A program made the translations under genes and the position numbers. This document shows, one piece after another, positions 24,758 through 37,277 of a DNA stretch of 64,000 nucleotides. This DNA comes from Octopus sinensis. Its lineage: Eukaryota. The first letter of the stretch is position 1, and each line of letters opens with the position of its first letter. The stretch is from positions 13,020,001 to 13,084,000 of the forward strand of contig NC_043000.1 in assembly GCF_006345805.1 (NCBI RefSeq). Reading direction: 5' to 3'. Below the pieces are notes generated by a model. That model made no database searches. It saw only the letters and a program-made list of their open reading frames with translations, and was not told the origin of the DNA.

Positions 24758-25850
24758 AACAGCTAAAATACAGTTAGTTGTGTGCTGTGCTTCCAGTAGA
24801 GATAGGATGTCATGGATTTGTGATTACTTCCACTAGTTCTACTAGGCTGGAATTGGACTTAGGGAGAACAGCAAAGCATTGATTAATGAACTAGCTGGGG
24901 AAGTAGAAAATGCTTCATTGTGGATATCACGGATGTATGCAAGAGAAAGGCCATTGCTGAAAACAAAAAGCAAATCCTCAGCACGTTGAAAAACAAAATT
25001 GTTATACATATCTTGGGTCAGTATAGGTTCACCCAATTTAGTGTTGGGGCTGCATAGAAGACAAGAGAGCCAGTGTGCTAAGCTGTTGAAATCATTGTGA
25101 TCTCTAATTGACAGCTCATAAATAGAGTACCTTGCAGCACCCCACAACGCCACCACTTTAGACAATAGATTGAGTGGGTGACAGGTGTTTATTCTTCAAC
25201 CAACCAACCAGCCTGGATACACATAGCAGCAGGTAAAATCTAACCCAACATTCTCATCTCACTATCTAATTTACCCACCAAATTAACAGAGCTTAGAACA
25301 ATGGCATTTTGTTTTTCCTGTTAGCTACAAAAATTCTTTTTTGTTTGTCTCACCAGGAATATAGTATCTGTGTTTCCACAATTTAGAATGAAGGCTGACC
25401 TAACTGTATCCTGTACTAATTTTGCTATGTGTTTTTCAAACTCGATCCATTGAAGTAAGGTGAATTGGTGCATCATCTTTACCTTCACAATAGTTGCTGT
25501 TGTATAGCTTTATTCAATCTTTCTTGACTTGTTTTATGACATGTATGTAGCTGCTTTAAAACCTGCATGAAAACTACAAATACAATGCACTAGATATGCC
25601 TATGCTTGCATTTAGCCTTCTAGAAATAGCAGCCAAATCTCCTTTAAAACCTTTGTTACTGTCCTAACATGGTAAAAAGTAAAACATTGTATATTTTCAT
25701 TCTTTGTAGTAAGGTATCAATCCTTTCTTTGCGTTATAGGGAAAAATTTTTGCCAAAACCCCCAAAAAGACTGCATGTCTCTTCTCCCAGATATTCCTCA
25801 AAGCACCGATAACCAATCCTTCAAACTGTATTATGCTGCATTAGTTTTAA

Positions 25851-26061
25851 CCCTTTTGCTACCAACCTGCCTATGACTGCCTCTGATTCTGTGATGCAGA
25901 CTTTCTGATTTAAAGTTGTTTAAATTAAACCTTCTTTCAAAATTTCCTGTTAAATTATGTTCAAAACATCAGATCAGTAACAACAGTTATTTTACTAAAT
26001 TCTTTGTAATTGTAAAATGAAACAAAGCAGCATATTTCAGTAGAATTATGGTAATGAAAGC
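25851..26061. mobile_element. Degenerate piggyBac-type MITE, related to 40342-40561 in opposite orientation
   Basis: TTAA|CCCTTTTGCTACC ... GGTAATGAAAGC|TTAA; internal TTTACTAAATTCTTTGT matches the reverse strand of the 40342 element. Confidence 0.65.
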
Positions 26062-26389
26062 TTAATTGAATCGATGCCAACAAATATCATCAGACACTGT
26101 CATACTGAAATCAAATCATTTTACCTCAACAAACAGGTTTTATATTTGAATTCATTTATACATTGATCCCTGTTCCTTGTGAGTATGCCTGGCATTTTGC
26201 CACCATCTCCATCCTGCGGTCTCTTACTCTCTCTCTCTCTCTCTCTCTCTCCTGCACTTCCTTCAGGTTGGGCAACCGTGCATTTTCTTTGCGGTAGCAC
26301 ACCTGTTTCTCTCTCTACAGCAAGACACCTGTATCTGTCTCACTATAACCTTTCCATCATCACCTCTTCCAATGCCATCTCCCCTCTTA

Positions 26390-26737
26390 AAAGTGTTTAT
26401 CTTGCAAGTACTTGGTGATCCTGTCAGTGCAGGTGCCACTTAAAGCACCCAGTCTACACTGTAAAGTGGTTGGTGTTCAGAAGGGCATCCAGCTGTAAAA
26501 ACCTTGCCAAAACTGACCTCACCTGTGCTTGTGCCATATAAAAAGCACTACTCACCTTGCCTTTGCTTGTGCCATATAAAAAGCACTAAGTCCACTCTGC
26601 TGACTGGTTGGTGTTAGGAAGGGCATCCAGCTGTAAAAAATCCTGCCAAAGAAGTCACAGAAGGCTGGTGCAGGCTTTGGCCTGGCCAGCTCTTGTGGTA
26701 CCATTCCACCCATGCTAGCATGGAACATAGATGTTAA

Positions 26738-26765
<28 letters not shown>
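26390..26765 (+). mobile_element. SINE family C copy
   Basis: GGAAGGGCATCCAGCTGT blocks and (GAT)n tail. Confidence 0.8.
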
Positions 26766-26769
<4 letters not shown>

Positions 26770-26894
26770 TTCCTTATTATTATGTTGCAAATAAGAATAT
26801 GTTCTGATGAATGTGTTAGGTCATGTATCTTTACATCAAAATACTTTTATTTATTATTTATCAAACACAAAGGGAAGGACTAATAGTTATTTAC

Positions 26895-27737
26895 AACTTA
26901 GTAGTCTGTGGACAACTGTACCACAATGCATTTTGGGAGGAAAAACCCAGCATCCACATACTCTCTCCACAACACTAATATCAAGAAGCCTTCTTGTGAA
27001 TGTAACCTGGGCATTACTGTCAGCAGTGATTTGCACTGGACAAAGCACATCTCTAAAATTGTCAAGAAGGTTGAGGCTGTCTTGACATAACACAGCAAGA
27101 CCTTTGTCAGCTGCTCTCCAGCTATCTATTTAAGGCTGTATATGGTGCAACACATGGAATTTGCATCACCAGTCTGGAACTCCTATCTTGCTCAGGACAT
27201 TGACCTCCTGGAAACTGTTGAGAGACATGCAACCAAGTGAATACCCTCCTTCAGGCATCTACCATACTCTGAACATCTTGCTTCCCTGAGAATAGATACA
27301 TTGAAGTTCCGACGTCTGGCAACTGACTTGGTAAATACCCACAAAATTATTAACCATCGGGCCAACAACCACCTTGAACACCTTTTTGAACTTCGTGTGT
27401 CTAACACATGTAGACATACCTACAAAGTCAGAAAACAGCACAGCTCCCATGATAATTGGAAACATTTTTTCATACTCAGAGTAGCTGAAGTATGGAACAA
27501 ACTACCTGCATCAGTTGTTAGTTGCCGAGACATTGCATCCTTTAAAACCTCCATGCTTCCTGAAATTCACCAACACTACTTCTGATATCCCCACCTCCAT
27601 ACACATGCACACATGTATATCATGACTTATACATGGTTCACTCTCCTGGCTTTTGTACATAATTCTGTGTATTGTACTTGCACCTTTGATGAGTTGTAGA
27701 GCACCTGAGTACTATACACAATAATTTTATTATTATT
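26895..27737 (+). mobile_element. 5'-truncated CR1-clade LINE (ORF2 C-terminus plus 3' end)
   Basis: Broken frames MHFGRKNP, LGITVSSDLHWTKHI and KHFFILRVAEVWNKLPASVVS; ends GCACCTGAG...(ATT)n. Confidence 0.9.
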
Positions 27738-29741
27738 GAGTGAGAGAGCAATGCATGCCACCAAAGTGACACTGGGGTAAAATATACGAAGCCCAGTATA
27801 TCCATCATGACTACCCGTCTGATAAGGGTATACCAGGCACATGCATCACAACCATATGTGCTTGACATGGTGATCTCATATCAAGATAAACAGCGCATGA
27901 CCTTGCAGGTGGGGCCCAGTTAGAATTTTCTTCTGGTCAAGTAGCCCATCCCGCTCAAAAGGTTCCTGAATAAGGGTTTGTTTAAGGATGTTGAACGAAC
28001 CACCCATGTTTCCAAAGGTGAATTATCTAAACCTCCAAGAATTTCTTTCAACACATGGCTGTGATGCTCCCCCACTACTTCTGTTCATGATCAGAGATGC
28101 ACATATTGTCAGCCACTAAGGGACATGCTCAGCTGGTTACGGTCAAGCAACTGACAAGCAAATCTGTGGTATTGAGCAGAATATTTGCTGTAGCCCATCT
28201 TTTATACCAAGACAAAACAATGTACTTGATAGCACTTCCAATTAGTTAAGATCAGAAGCCACGAGAGCCAGTGTCTGGTACTGCATCAGGGCAGAAAGTT
28301 GCATGGTAAATGTGCTAAAATATATAGAGAATATTCAAAAATAGTTTGTTAAAAATAACCCAATTCATACTCACTGGTCAACTAGCAGGGAATTTTATAT
28401 GCAATATTTTACACAAAAAGGTTGCTGTCATAATCTTTTATGAGGAAGTAAATAGCAGTAACGTTTATACTTTTTATACATTCATATATTTATTATGAAT
28501 GTGTATTTTTTCTTGTGAAGAGCAGTGCATATTCCTCTTTGTATTAACAATACATTTTCCAGTTTAAATTTCAATCATTATTATATTTAGCCTCGATCTG
28601 CATATATGTTTGTTGAACAAGTTGTCAAAAGTATGAGAACAAGTGAGTGTAGATTTGTGTTACATGAATGAAATAGATGTCCCATTTAGACAAGTTAGAC
28701 AAAATATATAGATGTATTCTAACTTGTTTCTAGTAGGTTGAGACATGGCATAGAAACTCCTTTGTTGGCTTCTGAATAAGATGTTAGCTGAAAGGTGTGA
28801 GTTCAAGCTCTTGTTGAAAACAAAAGATACCTAAAATATTGAAGTGTGAAAATTCTCAGATAATGTCTTTTTCTTGTTCTAGAGTAATGGAAGTTTCTTT
28901 TTGTTCCTGTGATTCAACTGGGTGTTGCTTTATGCTTCAAGGTTGTAATTGATTCCAAAGGCACCATGTAAAATCGTTGCTCTGTTTCTTGTTTACAAAT
29001 TCAGTCTTTGTATGTGGCTCTGATAGAAGTTCTGGGACTTACTGACATTGGATAAAACTGCCCTCTTCCAAATGTCAGCAAGAAAGTGAGAGAGAAAGAA
29101 AAAAGAAAGATTGGAAGGAAGAGATGGGGAGAAAGAATGAAAGAGAGAACAATTTGATGTTGGAGTACTAAGCTAATTTGAAATTAACGAGTAGTTTAGC
29201 AATTTTTTTTTCCAGTACTACAACCAGATCTTCCTCATATGAAAACAGAATTTAAATAGTATAGGAATAGCAACTGAAGTATCTGGAAAATGTCCACTTT
29301 TTAATGCAAATAACTAATCTACACAAGAAAAAAATTTGACAATTAAAATGTAATTTGCTTATGATGATGAAAATAGCAGAAAGAAAATATTTTCATATAA
29401 AAAGAAATCATATTTTATAAAATGAAAACATTAAAATAATTAATACAGTCATTTGAGAAATTATATTATTGTGCTATTGTAAAATTAATGAATTGATTAA
29501 TATATGTTATGCATGAGAGTGGAGAATAAATTACTCAAAGAAATTGCTTCATAAATGTATAAAGACTGTAGTGATGTGAGTTTTAATCATTAATTCTTTA
29601 TTGGTATTACACAATATTATGTAGGCTCTGTGTCAAGATGAGAATGACCACACTAATATTTGTACAGAGGTTTCCATATTTTATATTATCCAGAGCATTC
29701 GTGTGTTTTTTTTTCCCTCATATGTACAACAATTATTAAAA

Positions 29742-30165
29742 TAATAATAATAATAATTGTGTACAGTGCTCAGGTGCACTACAACTCATCTAAAGTGTAT
29801 ATATAATCAGGTGTAGTTTCGGCGGATTTCGGAAAGCATGAGGGCCTTAAAGGATGCAGTGTCATGGCAGTCAACAACTGACGCAGGCAGTTTATTCCAT
29901 GCTTCAGCAACTCTGAGCGTGAAAAAATGTTTCCAAAAGTCATGGGAGCTGTGCTGTTTTCTGACTTTGTAGGCATGTCCACGTGTGTTAGACACATGGA
30001 GATCAAAAAGGTGTTTAGTGTTGTTGTTGGTGAGGTGGTTGATAACCTTGTGGGTGTTTACCAAGTCCGTCGCCAGACACCGGAGCTTCAGTGAATCCAT
30101 GCCCAGGGAAACAAGGCGCTCAGAATATGGTAGGTGTCTGATGGAGGGTATGCGTTTGGTTGCAC
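29742..30165 (-). mobile_element. CR1-clade LINE 3' fragment
   Basis: RATKRIPSIRHLPYSERL...TRGHAYK...FFTLRVAEAWNKLP; (ATT)n tail. Confidence 0.9.
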
Positions 30166-30491
30166 GTATATTGGAATATAACATCATAAAAGAGATAGTG
30201 AATGTGGCAGCTACCAGTCTTAATCATATAAAATATTTTAGTGATTACATGACAATTGTTCATGATTATTAAAAGCAGAAAATAGAAAACAAGTGGGAAT
30301 CACAGCATGTTAGTGATGTGTTCATGATAAATAGAATCAATCCCTTATCTTACATCATACAGAAGGTGACATCACTCTTATCCAGTTGGGTACTGGAATT
30401 TACTTCAAATTCAGTCTGGTGTGAAGGACGCATCCAAGAATAAACAGTTGATAGTCAGAGATCAAACTGATCAAAATAAACTATAAATATT

Positions 30492-30566
<75 letters not shown>

Positions 30567-30567
30567 A

Positions 30568-30606
<39 letters not shown>

Positions 30607-30856
30607 ATATATATATATCTATATATATATATATATATATTATATAATTAGGGCTTAGTAAAATAAATTACTTTGCCACATTAATTAATTAATTTTACCC
30701 TCAATTGTTGATATATATATATATATAACGGGAAGCTTTATGAAAATAGACAAAAGACGAAGGCAGGTTTACGGAAATAAACAAAAGACGAAGGCAGGTG
30801 GAATACAAACAAACAATTGTATTAGTATGGCGCTCAGGAAATATAAATAAAACAAG

Positions 30857-30894
30857 TCTTTAACGTTTCGAGCCTACGCTCTTCAACAGAAAGA
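30857..30894 (-). ncRNA. Minimal type-I hammerhead-like motif with A6 to U variant core
   Basis: tcttt-CTGTTGA-a-gagc(gtag)gctc-GAAA-CG-T-T-aaaga. Stems I and II are perfect; stem III is the palindrome ACGT. Confidence 0.6.
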
Positions 30895-30956
30895 TACACA
30901 GAGAAAAAACACAGAAAGAAGGAGAGAAAAAAATATGCGTGCAGAGGCTAGCGAAT

Positions 30957-31011
<55 letters not shown>

Positions 31012-31017
31012 TATATA

Positions 31018-31397
31018 GCCACAGGAATGGCTGTGTGGTAAGTAGCTTGCTTACCAACCACATGATTCTGGGTTCAGTCCCATTGCATGGCACCTCGGGC
31101 AAATGTCTTCCACTATAGCCTCGGGCTGACCAAAGCCTTGTGAGTAGATTTGGTTGACGGAAACTGAAAGAAGCCCAATATATATGTGTGTGTGTGTTTG
31201 TGTATCTATGTTTGTTCCCCCAACATCGCTTGACAATCGATGCTGATGTGTTTACGTCCGCGTAACTTAGCTGTTCGGCAAAAGACACCAATAGAATAAG
31301 TACTAAACTTACAAAGAATAAGTCCTGGGGTCAATTTGCTCGACTAAAGGTGGTGCCCCAGCATGGCCACAGTGAAATGACTGAAACAAGTGGAAGA
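31018..31397 (+). mobile_element. SINE family B copy
   Basis: Full-length match to the reverse complement of 1188-1592. Confidence 0.88.
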
Positions 31398-31599
31398 ATA
31401 TATATATATAATTTATATTTCCTGAGCGCCATACTAATACAATTGTTTGTTTGTTTTCCACCTGCCTTCGTCTTTTGTCTATTTTCATAAAGCTTCCCGT
31501 TATATATATATATATATATATAATGAGTGTGTTAAATAAAATGAGACAACAAAGCCAGGGCAGTGTGAAATTTCTAGGACATTTATAAAGAGAAAGGTA

Positions 31600-31647
31600 G
31601 TCTTACAGCTGTTTCAAGGATATTAAAGATATCCCATCATCAGAGAC
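31600..31647 (-). ncRNA. Minimal type-I hammerhead ribozyme
   Basis: gtct-CTGATGA-t-gggatat(cttta)atatcct-t-GAAA-cagctg-TA-agac. Complete core, 4-bp stem I, 7-bp stem II, palindromic stem III and a GUA cleavage triplet. Confidence 0.8.
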
Positions 31648-32771
31648 GATATGAAAGAGTTAAATAGAAGGAGACAGAGTCCTTCCATAGCACTTACATA
31701 GCCTTACCTGCATTTTGGGTCTTCTGGATAGTTAATTCCACAGTTATATTAACTTTTTATTTGAATTCTCATCATTTTTTCCCCTTCTCAGTGGTTGTTT
31801 CCAAACATCTATTTGAAGATGTTGATTGAGGAAAGGTGCCTTTTGTACTCACACTGCTATTTAGTAATATTTATGAAGAGACACTGAAACTGGCATGGTA
31901 CTGAACTAAATACTTTCATGTTCAGTGTTAATGAAGTAAATAGAAGGCACATACATACATTCAAATAACTGTCCAACCATAAAGAAATCTAAATAGAGGG
32001 AAATATCAGGTTGTGCATTTATATATGTATAAATACAAAACATGTATATTGCCATATACATATGCATATGATAATGTTTGTGGTACACATCTATAATATG
32101 AGAGGTTTTGGTATCCAGAAGACCCAAAATGGATAAAGATCCAGGTGGGTCATTTTGTAAAGAGGGATAAAGATGTGGAGTGAAAAGACTGTGAGTTTAG
32201 TTAGACAATTCTGTGGCTGGCTGGTTCTATGGTAAAACCTCATGGCAGGTATCATGATAAAACAACATGACCTTGAAACAACTATGAAAGAGCTATGATG
32301 TTTAATCTGTTAGAAATAGCAGCCAAATTTCTTTTGGATCTCACCCTACTATTTTAATAAAAGAATGATGCATTGATTAATGGGGTCTTGGATACATTGT
32401 CTGACAAAAAAAAGCAGGCTGGGTGGCCACGGCTGGTATGCTTTTGATCATAGGTTGACATGGGGTTAAATAACACTAATTGTGGGTGTTTTTTTGTTTT
32501 TTTTCTAGGATAGGCCTAAAACCACCACATGGATCTATGGGTACCCATATTGGAGTTCACTCTATTATAAGTATATAGATCTTTAGACCCAACCTTCCAC
32601 ATTTTCCTTCCAGAAATATACATACAGATGTTAAGTAGGACATCCTTACATTAATCTCACCAGTCTGGTAGGATCAGCAAAATTCATAGACATTGTTCTT
32701 CATTCCCTTACTATCTTATAAAAAATATTTCTGAGGATAAATCCACCGTTGAGCTAGTTTACTATTTAACC

Positions 32772-33053
32772 ACCAGTGCAAGTGCCACTTAAAAAGCACC
32801 CAGTCCACACTGTAAAGTGGTTGGCATTTGGAAGGGCATCCAGCTGTAAAAACCATGCCAAATTTGACCTTGTCTGTGCAAGTGCCATGTAAAAAGCACT
32901 CAGCCCACTCTACAAAGTGGTTGGTGTTAGGAAGAGCATCCAGCTGTCAAACCATGCTAAAACATAGTGCATGCACTGCCTGACCAGCTCTTGTCAAACC
33001 ATCCAACCCATACCAGCATGGAAGGAGGATGTTAAACGATGATGATGATGATG
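32772..33053 (+). mobile_element. SINE family C copy
   Basis: Similarity to 26390-26765; (GAT)n tail. Confidence 0.8.
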
Positions 33054-33845
33054 AAACTAAATCTTATGATGAGGCTGGTATTCATTTATTTTTTTTTAAT
33101 ATCTGTTAAAGAAGTTCTTAGATATATTGTTTAATGGTAAATGTTTTTAGTTTTTGTAATGCAATCTAAACTCTTAATTGAAGATAGTAGTTGAAATACT
33201 ACACCAATCAGTAAAATATTTACAAGTCAATATATATGACACTTTTTTATGTAGAAACAAAAAAAAAGGAGTATGTGATCAGATTTCAGAATATTGGAAT
33301 AATTTGAAGGAAAATAGCACTGATTGGTTAAGTTATATTATCAGTACTGTCTAAAGGGGACTAAGTACATTACCTTCTATCTGACCTAAAAATAAAATAT
33401 AGTATTCTCTTATAGTAATATAATATTTCCTTTTGGTGCTCTAGAAAATCAGATGATCTCAAAATGTAGGTATATTTGCAGATGTTATTTCATCATCTGA
33501 TTGAGCTTTCTTGGACAAATGCATGTCATGGAACGTCTTTTAATTGCTAATTTCTTATTTATGGTCGCATGTTCTATAGACGATTGAGTTTTGGTCAAAC
33601 TGATGGGTTTACCAGACCAAGATTATAAAAGTATAATTTGTTCTGCAAAGTGAGAGGAAATCCAAAGTGCATGTTATGCTTTGCATTTCATCTTCTACTT
33701 CCATCCTGTTCCAATGAACTTTAATAAACTACAATCTTACTAATAGACAGTTATTTTCCAGTGTCATTATTTTAAATTGCCTAATCAGTGAATTTTCTTC
33801 CTACAAGTGTGGGCTCTCTTAGATGCTTTGTGATTAGCTTTGTTT

Positions 33846-33900
33846 TGACTTCACTTTGCTGAGGAGGTCCAAAAAGTCTGAAACATGTCCACAGTTGTCA
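33846..33900 (+). ncRNA. Minimal type-I hammerhead ribozyme on the SLC12A8 sense strand
   Basis: tgac-ttc-actttg-CTGAGGA-ggtc(caaaaa)gtct-GAAA-catg-TC-cacagt-t-gtca. Core intact, GUC triplet, stem I 5/6 bp plus tgac/gtca, weak stem II; AATAAA follows at about 33922. Confidence 0.65.
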
Positions 33901-36376
33901 CCATGGTTGTCTATCATATGCAATAAAATTTAATTTTTGGCCAATTAAAATTTTAGGATCTCTCTCTTTATCATTAATGTTTATGGATTTTATCCCTATT
34001 AAATATATAATTTCACTTGACTAAAAATTATTTTTGGTTCACTATGTCAAACATAGTGACTACTTAACTATAGTCCAACAACTGGCTTATAAAAAGAGCC
34101 AGAGATCAAATGGCCAGCAAGTGTTTTGTAGTTTCAAAATGCTTTGTGTTAAGTTACAATGATTGCACAATGAAAATTAGTCATTTATGATGGAATAAAC
34201 AAGTCAAGGGCAAACTGCAGCCATAGGACTTTCAGAATGGTTCACCTATGAAAAATCACTTTGAATTTTTTAGTAGGGCAGCCCATCTGATGATGAGCCA
34301 TGTCTCATTCAGCCTGCTTCTTGAAAAAGGTTGCTATGCCAGGAGTTAACAGAAGTGAAAGAATCCTTGCTCAGCAAAATTTTCCATGCAATTAAATTTA
34401 AAACTGCCTTCTGACAAAGTTTAAGAGCCCTTAAAAAAAAACTACTTTATGTCTTTAGATCCAAATAGTAATTTAATGTAAGTTGCTTTCAATGTGTTTA
34501 TAAAGCATAAACAACTTTCTTCTGGCTGTAATGTTTACTATGTGACATTAATCAAGAGTGAATACATACAAATTGATCTAATAGGCAGCAAAAGCTAAGT
34601 AACATTTAGCTTTTAGTAGTTCGTTTTGCTGTTTCTATTTAATATTTTTCAATCAATATTGTAAAGTAGAAATCACTTCTGCAATGGCTGGCATTATTAT
34701 AAAGTAAAATAATTTTGGCAATGGTTCTTTCTTCAATAAGTAAAAATAAAAATTGGATAACTATTTTTGCATGGCAGTAAATGGAGACTGTGTGTGTTAT
34801 TTGTAAAGATTGTTATATTTTTATAAAAAGAACACTCTTGAACACCACTAATAGACTAAAATTAAGGAATATGAAAGACTGAAAGGGCTTCAGTATATAG
34901 ACAAGCTGATATTTTTAAATGGATCTTTATGCAAACAGCAGTCTGTTTTCAAATGATGCATTAATGATATTTCCACAAGTTATGAAATGTGTGAACTAAT
35001 AGCAAAGAAAGGGAAACCTTAGATTGATAGTTTGTTAACAAGTGTGTAGTTACTGTTGTATGAATTTTAACTCCAGAAAATGTCAGATTATTGGAATTGT
35101 TAGTTTATCGCAGAAGAATACGATAAACCATATAAAAAATCTGAATTGTCAACAATATCCAAGTTAGCTTGGAACAACCAGCATCAGAATGTGTGTTGTT
35201 ATTTGATAGCTGTAAATGAGATAAAAGATATAAATACAGCACTGTTAACTAAATACTTGTATGTGCCATAACAGCAAACTAGGTTTTGTAAAGATTTACT
35301 TGCGATAAAATCAATGCATCTCTGAATTCAAGTCAGCAACAGAGATTTCAGTTTACGCTATGATAAACTTAATGGCATCGTTACAGATGATGCAGTTAAG
35401 TATTCAACTACTGTAAATACTTAATTAGTTCCGAAGCTTTACTCCAAGAGTGGAAAATCTTTTTAATACTATGAATAAAGATGTTAATGTATAAAAAAAG
35501 CCTCAATCAGTTTGCTTAATATAATTGTCTACACACTTCTAGTTTTGTAAAATAAAAAAATTCATTATTTTTCTCAGCATAGATGTGTTCATAGAGGTCC
35601 TTATACACTTTCAATTTACCCATAGGATTAAAAAGATTTCCCATCCCTGGTGTAAAGATTTGATATTGAATAAGTCCTTTTATTGTGACTGTACACTCAG
35701 ACACACAAATTTATATATATTTACATATGTGTGCAACTATGAATATGTAAATAAAATGATTGATAGAATGAGAAGGGTTGAGAGCTGGTAGAGAACTAAA
35801 TAAAATGCCTTGCATTAGCTAGTCTGGTCTTTCAACATTCTGAATTCAAATCTCATTGAGGTTGGCTCATGAATGATTGAAATAAATACCTGTCATACCC
35901 TAAGGTTGATCCAATCAACTATATCAGTGTCTACATAAAATAACTCTTTAGCTTTCTAAATGTAATCAATATACATAGCTCAGTTTACAGAAAAGATATT
36001 ATACACATTTTGCTATCATTCTTTGAAGATCAAACTTGGTTTTAGTTTAAATGGGTCACCAGATGACTTCTGGTCAGGAACAATAGTTAAGTCAAATACT
36101 CTGTTGGCACTCACGTATCTTTCTATTGATTTTAAAACTTTATGTTTACAGTTTGCTATAGAGAAAAAAAATGCAAATAATGATGCTTTGTTTTGGGGAA
36201 GTATTAAGAAAAGTAATAAGGATCAATGTAACCTGTTTCCACTGAGGTGATATTCTCCTCTTAGGAATGAGTAGTATCAGATTTTATGAAACATACATAG
36301 ATGTATATATTTATATATATATATATATATATTTATACATATATGTATATATATGTATATATGTATGTGTATGTAT

Positions 36377-36409
<33 letters not shown>

Positions 36410-36566
36410 GTCTTCATTTCTTATTGTGTTCAACGATTTTTTTATGTCCTTTATCTATATATATGTATATATATACATATGTATATACGTATATACATAT
36501 ATGTATGTATATATGCCTATATTTATATATTATTTATATTATATATGTATATATATATAAAATTTA

Positions 36567-36862
36567 ATCATCATCATCCTCATTTAACGTCCGCTTTCCA
36601 TGCTGGCATGGGTTGGACGGTTCAACTGGGGTCTGGGAAGCCAGAAGGCTGCACCAGGCCCAGTCTAATCTGGCAGTGTTTCTACGGCTGGATGCCCTTC
36701 CTAATGCCAACCACTCCGTGAGTGTAGTGGGTGCTTTTTACGTGCCACTGGCACAGGTGCCAGACTGGGCTGGCAGATGGCCACGATCGGAATGGTGCTT
36801 TTTACGTGCCACCGGCACGGGGGCCAGGCGAGGCTGGCAACGGCCACAGTCGAATGGTGCTT
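36567..36862 (-). mobile_element. SINE family C copy
   Basis: Matches 21308-21540 with only about two internal repeat units. Confidence 0.85.
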
Positions 36863-36938
36863 AAGGGTAGAAATTGATATTAATCAATTAAAACTAGTGG
36901 CCCAGCATATTAAAAAAATCCGAAGATTAAAATATTTT

Positions 36939-37231
36939 TACATACAAAATTTAAAGGGCTGACCACTAAAAGTGGACGGTCAACATGCTAGATATAGACG
37001 TCAAATCACTATTTTCCACAAAGAATATGTTCTCAAATAAAAACTCAGCACAATCCAAAGCATTAAAAATAAGCAAGACAAATGAAAATATACGAAATAA
37101 AAACGCCTACCCATGTACCGATCAGTTTCGATTGTTTATTTGAGAACATATTCTTTGTGGAAAATAGTGATTTGACGTCTATATCTAGCATGTTGACCAT
37201 CCACTTTTAGTGGGCAGTCCTTTAAATTTTG

Positions 37232-37237
<6 letters not shown>
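36939..37237. repeat. Inverted repeat, 103-bp arms with 3 mismatches and a 93-bp spacer
   Basis: 36939-37041 versus 37135-37237; the right arm runs into (TA)n. Confidence 0.95.

Positions 37238-37277
<40 letters not shown>

Larger units (their letters stand above)
30727..31501. mobile_element. Penelope-like pseudo-LTR fragment with an inverted partial copy, interrupted by a SINE
   Basis: 30727-30848 is inverted at 31411-31501; both outer ends abut (TA)n; hammerhead-like motif at 30857-30894. Confidence 0.6.

Noticed and set aside
31018-31095. tRNA gene
   Set aside because: A/B-box-like motifs are present, but there is no cloverleaf and the sequence continues into a SINE body.
31870-31910. 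ATGAAGA-gacact-GAAA-ctggcatgg-TA motif
   Set aside because: C3 is absent and stems I and II do not pair.
32490-32560. Possible extra exon after a T-rich tract and AG
   Set aside because: Exons 1 and 2 already join in frame with no missing conserved sequence, and no coding similarity follows.
34287-34330. CTGATGA followed by a tgag/ctca stem as a hammerhead
   Set aside because: No GAAA directly after the stem and no stem I/III partner.
36267-36721. YI/YV/CV/HT-rich ORFs here and at 5624-5943, 20290-21123 and 63361-63681
   Set aside because: They are stop-poor (TA)n, (TG)n and (TATG)n microsatellites, not genes.
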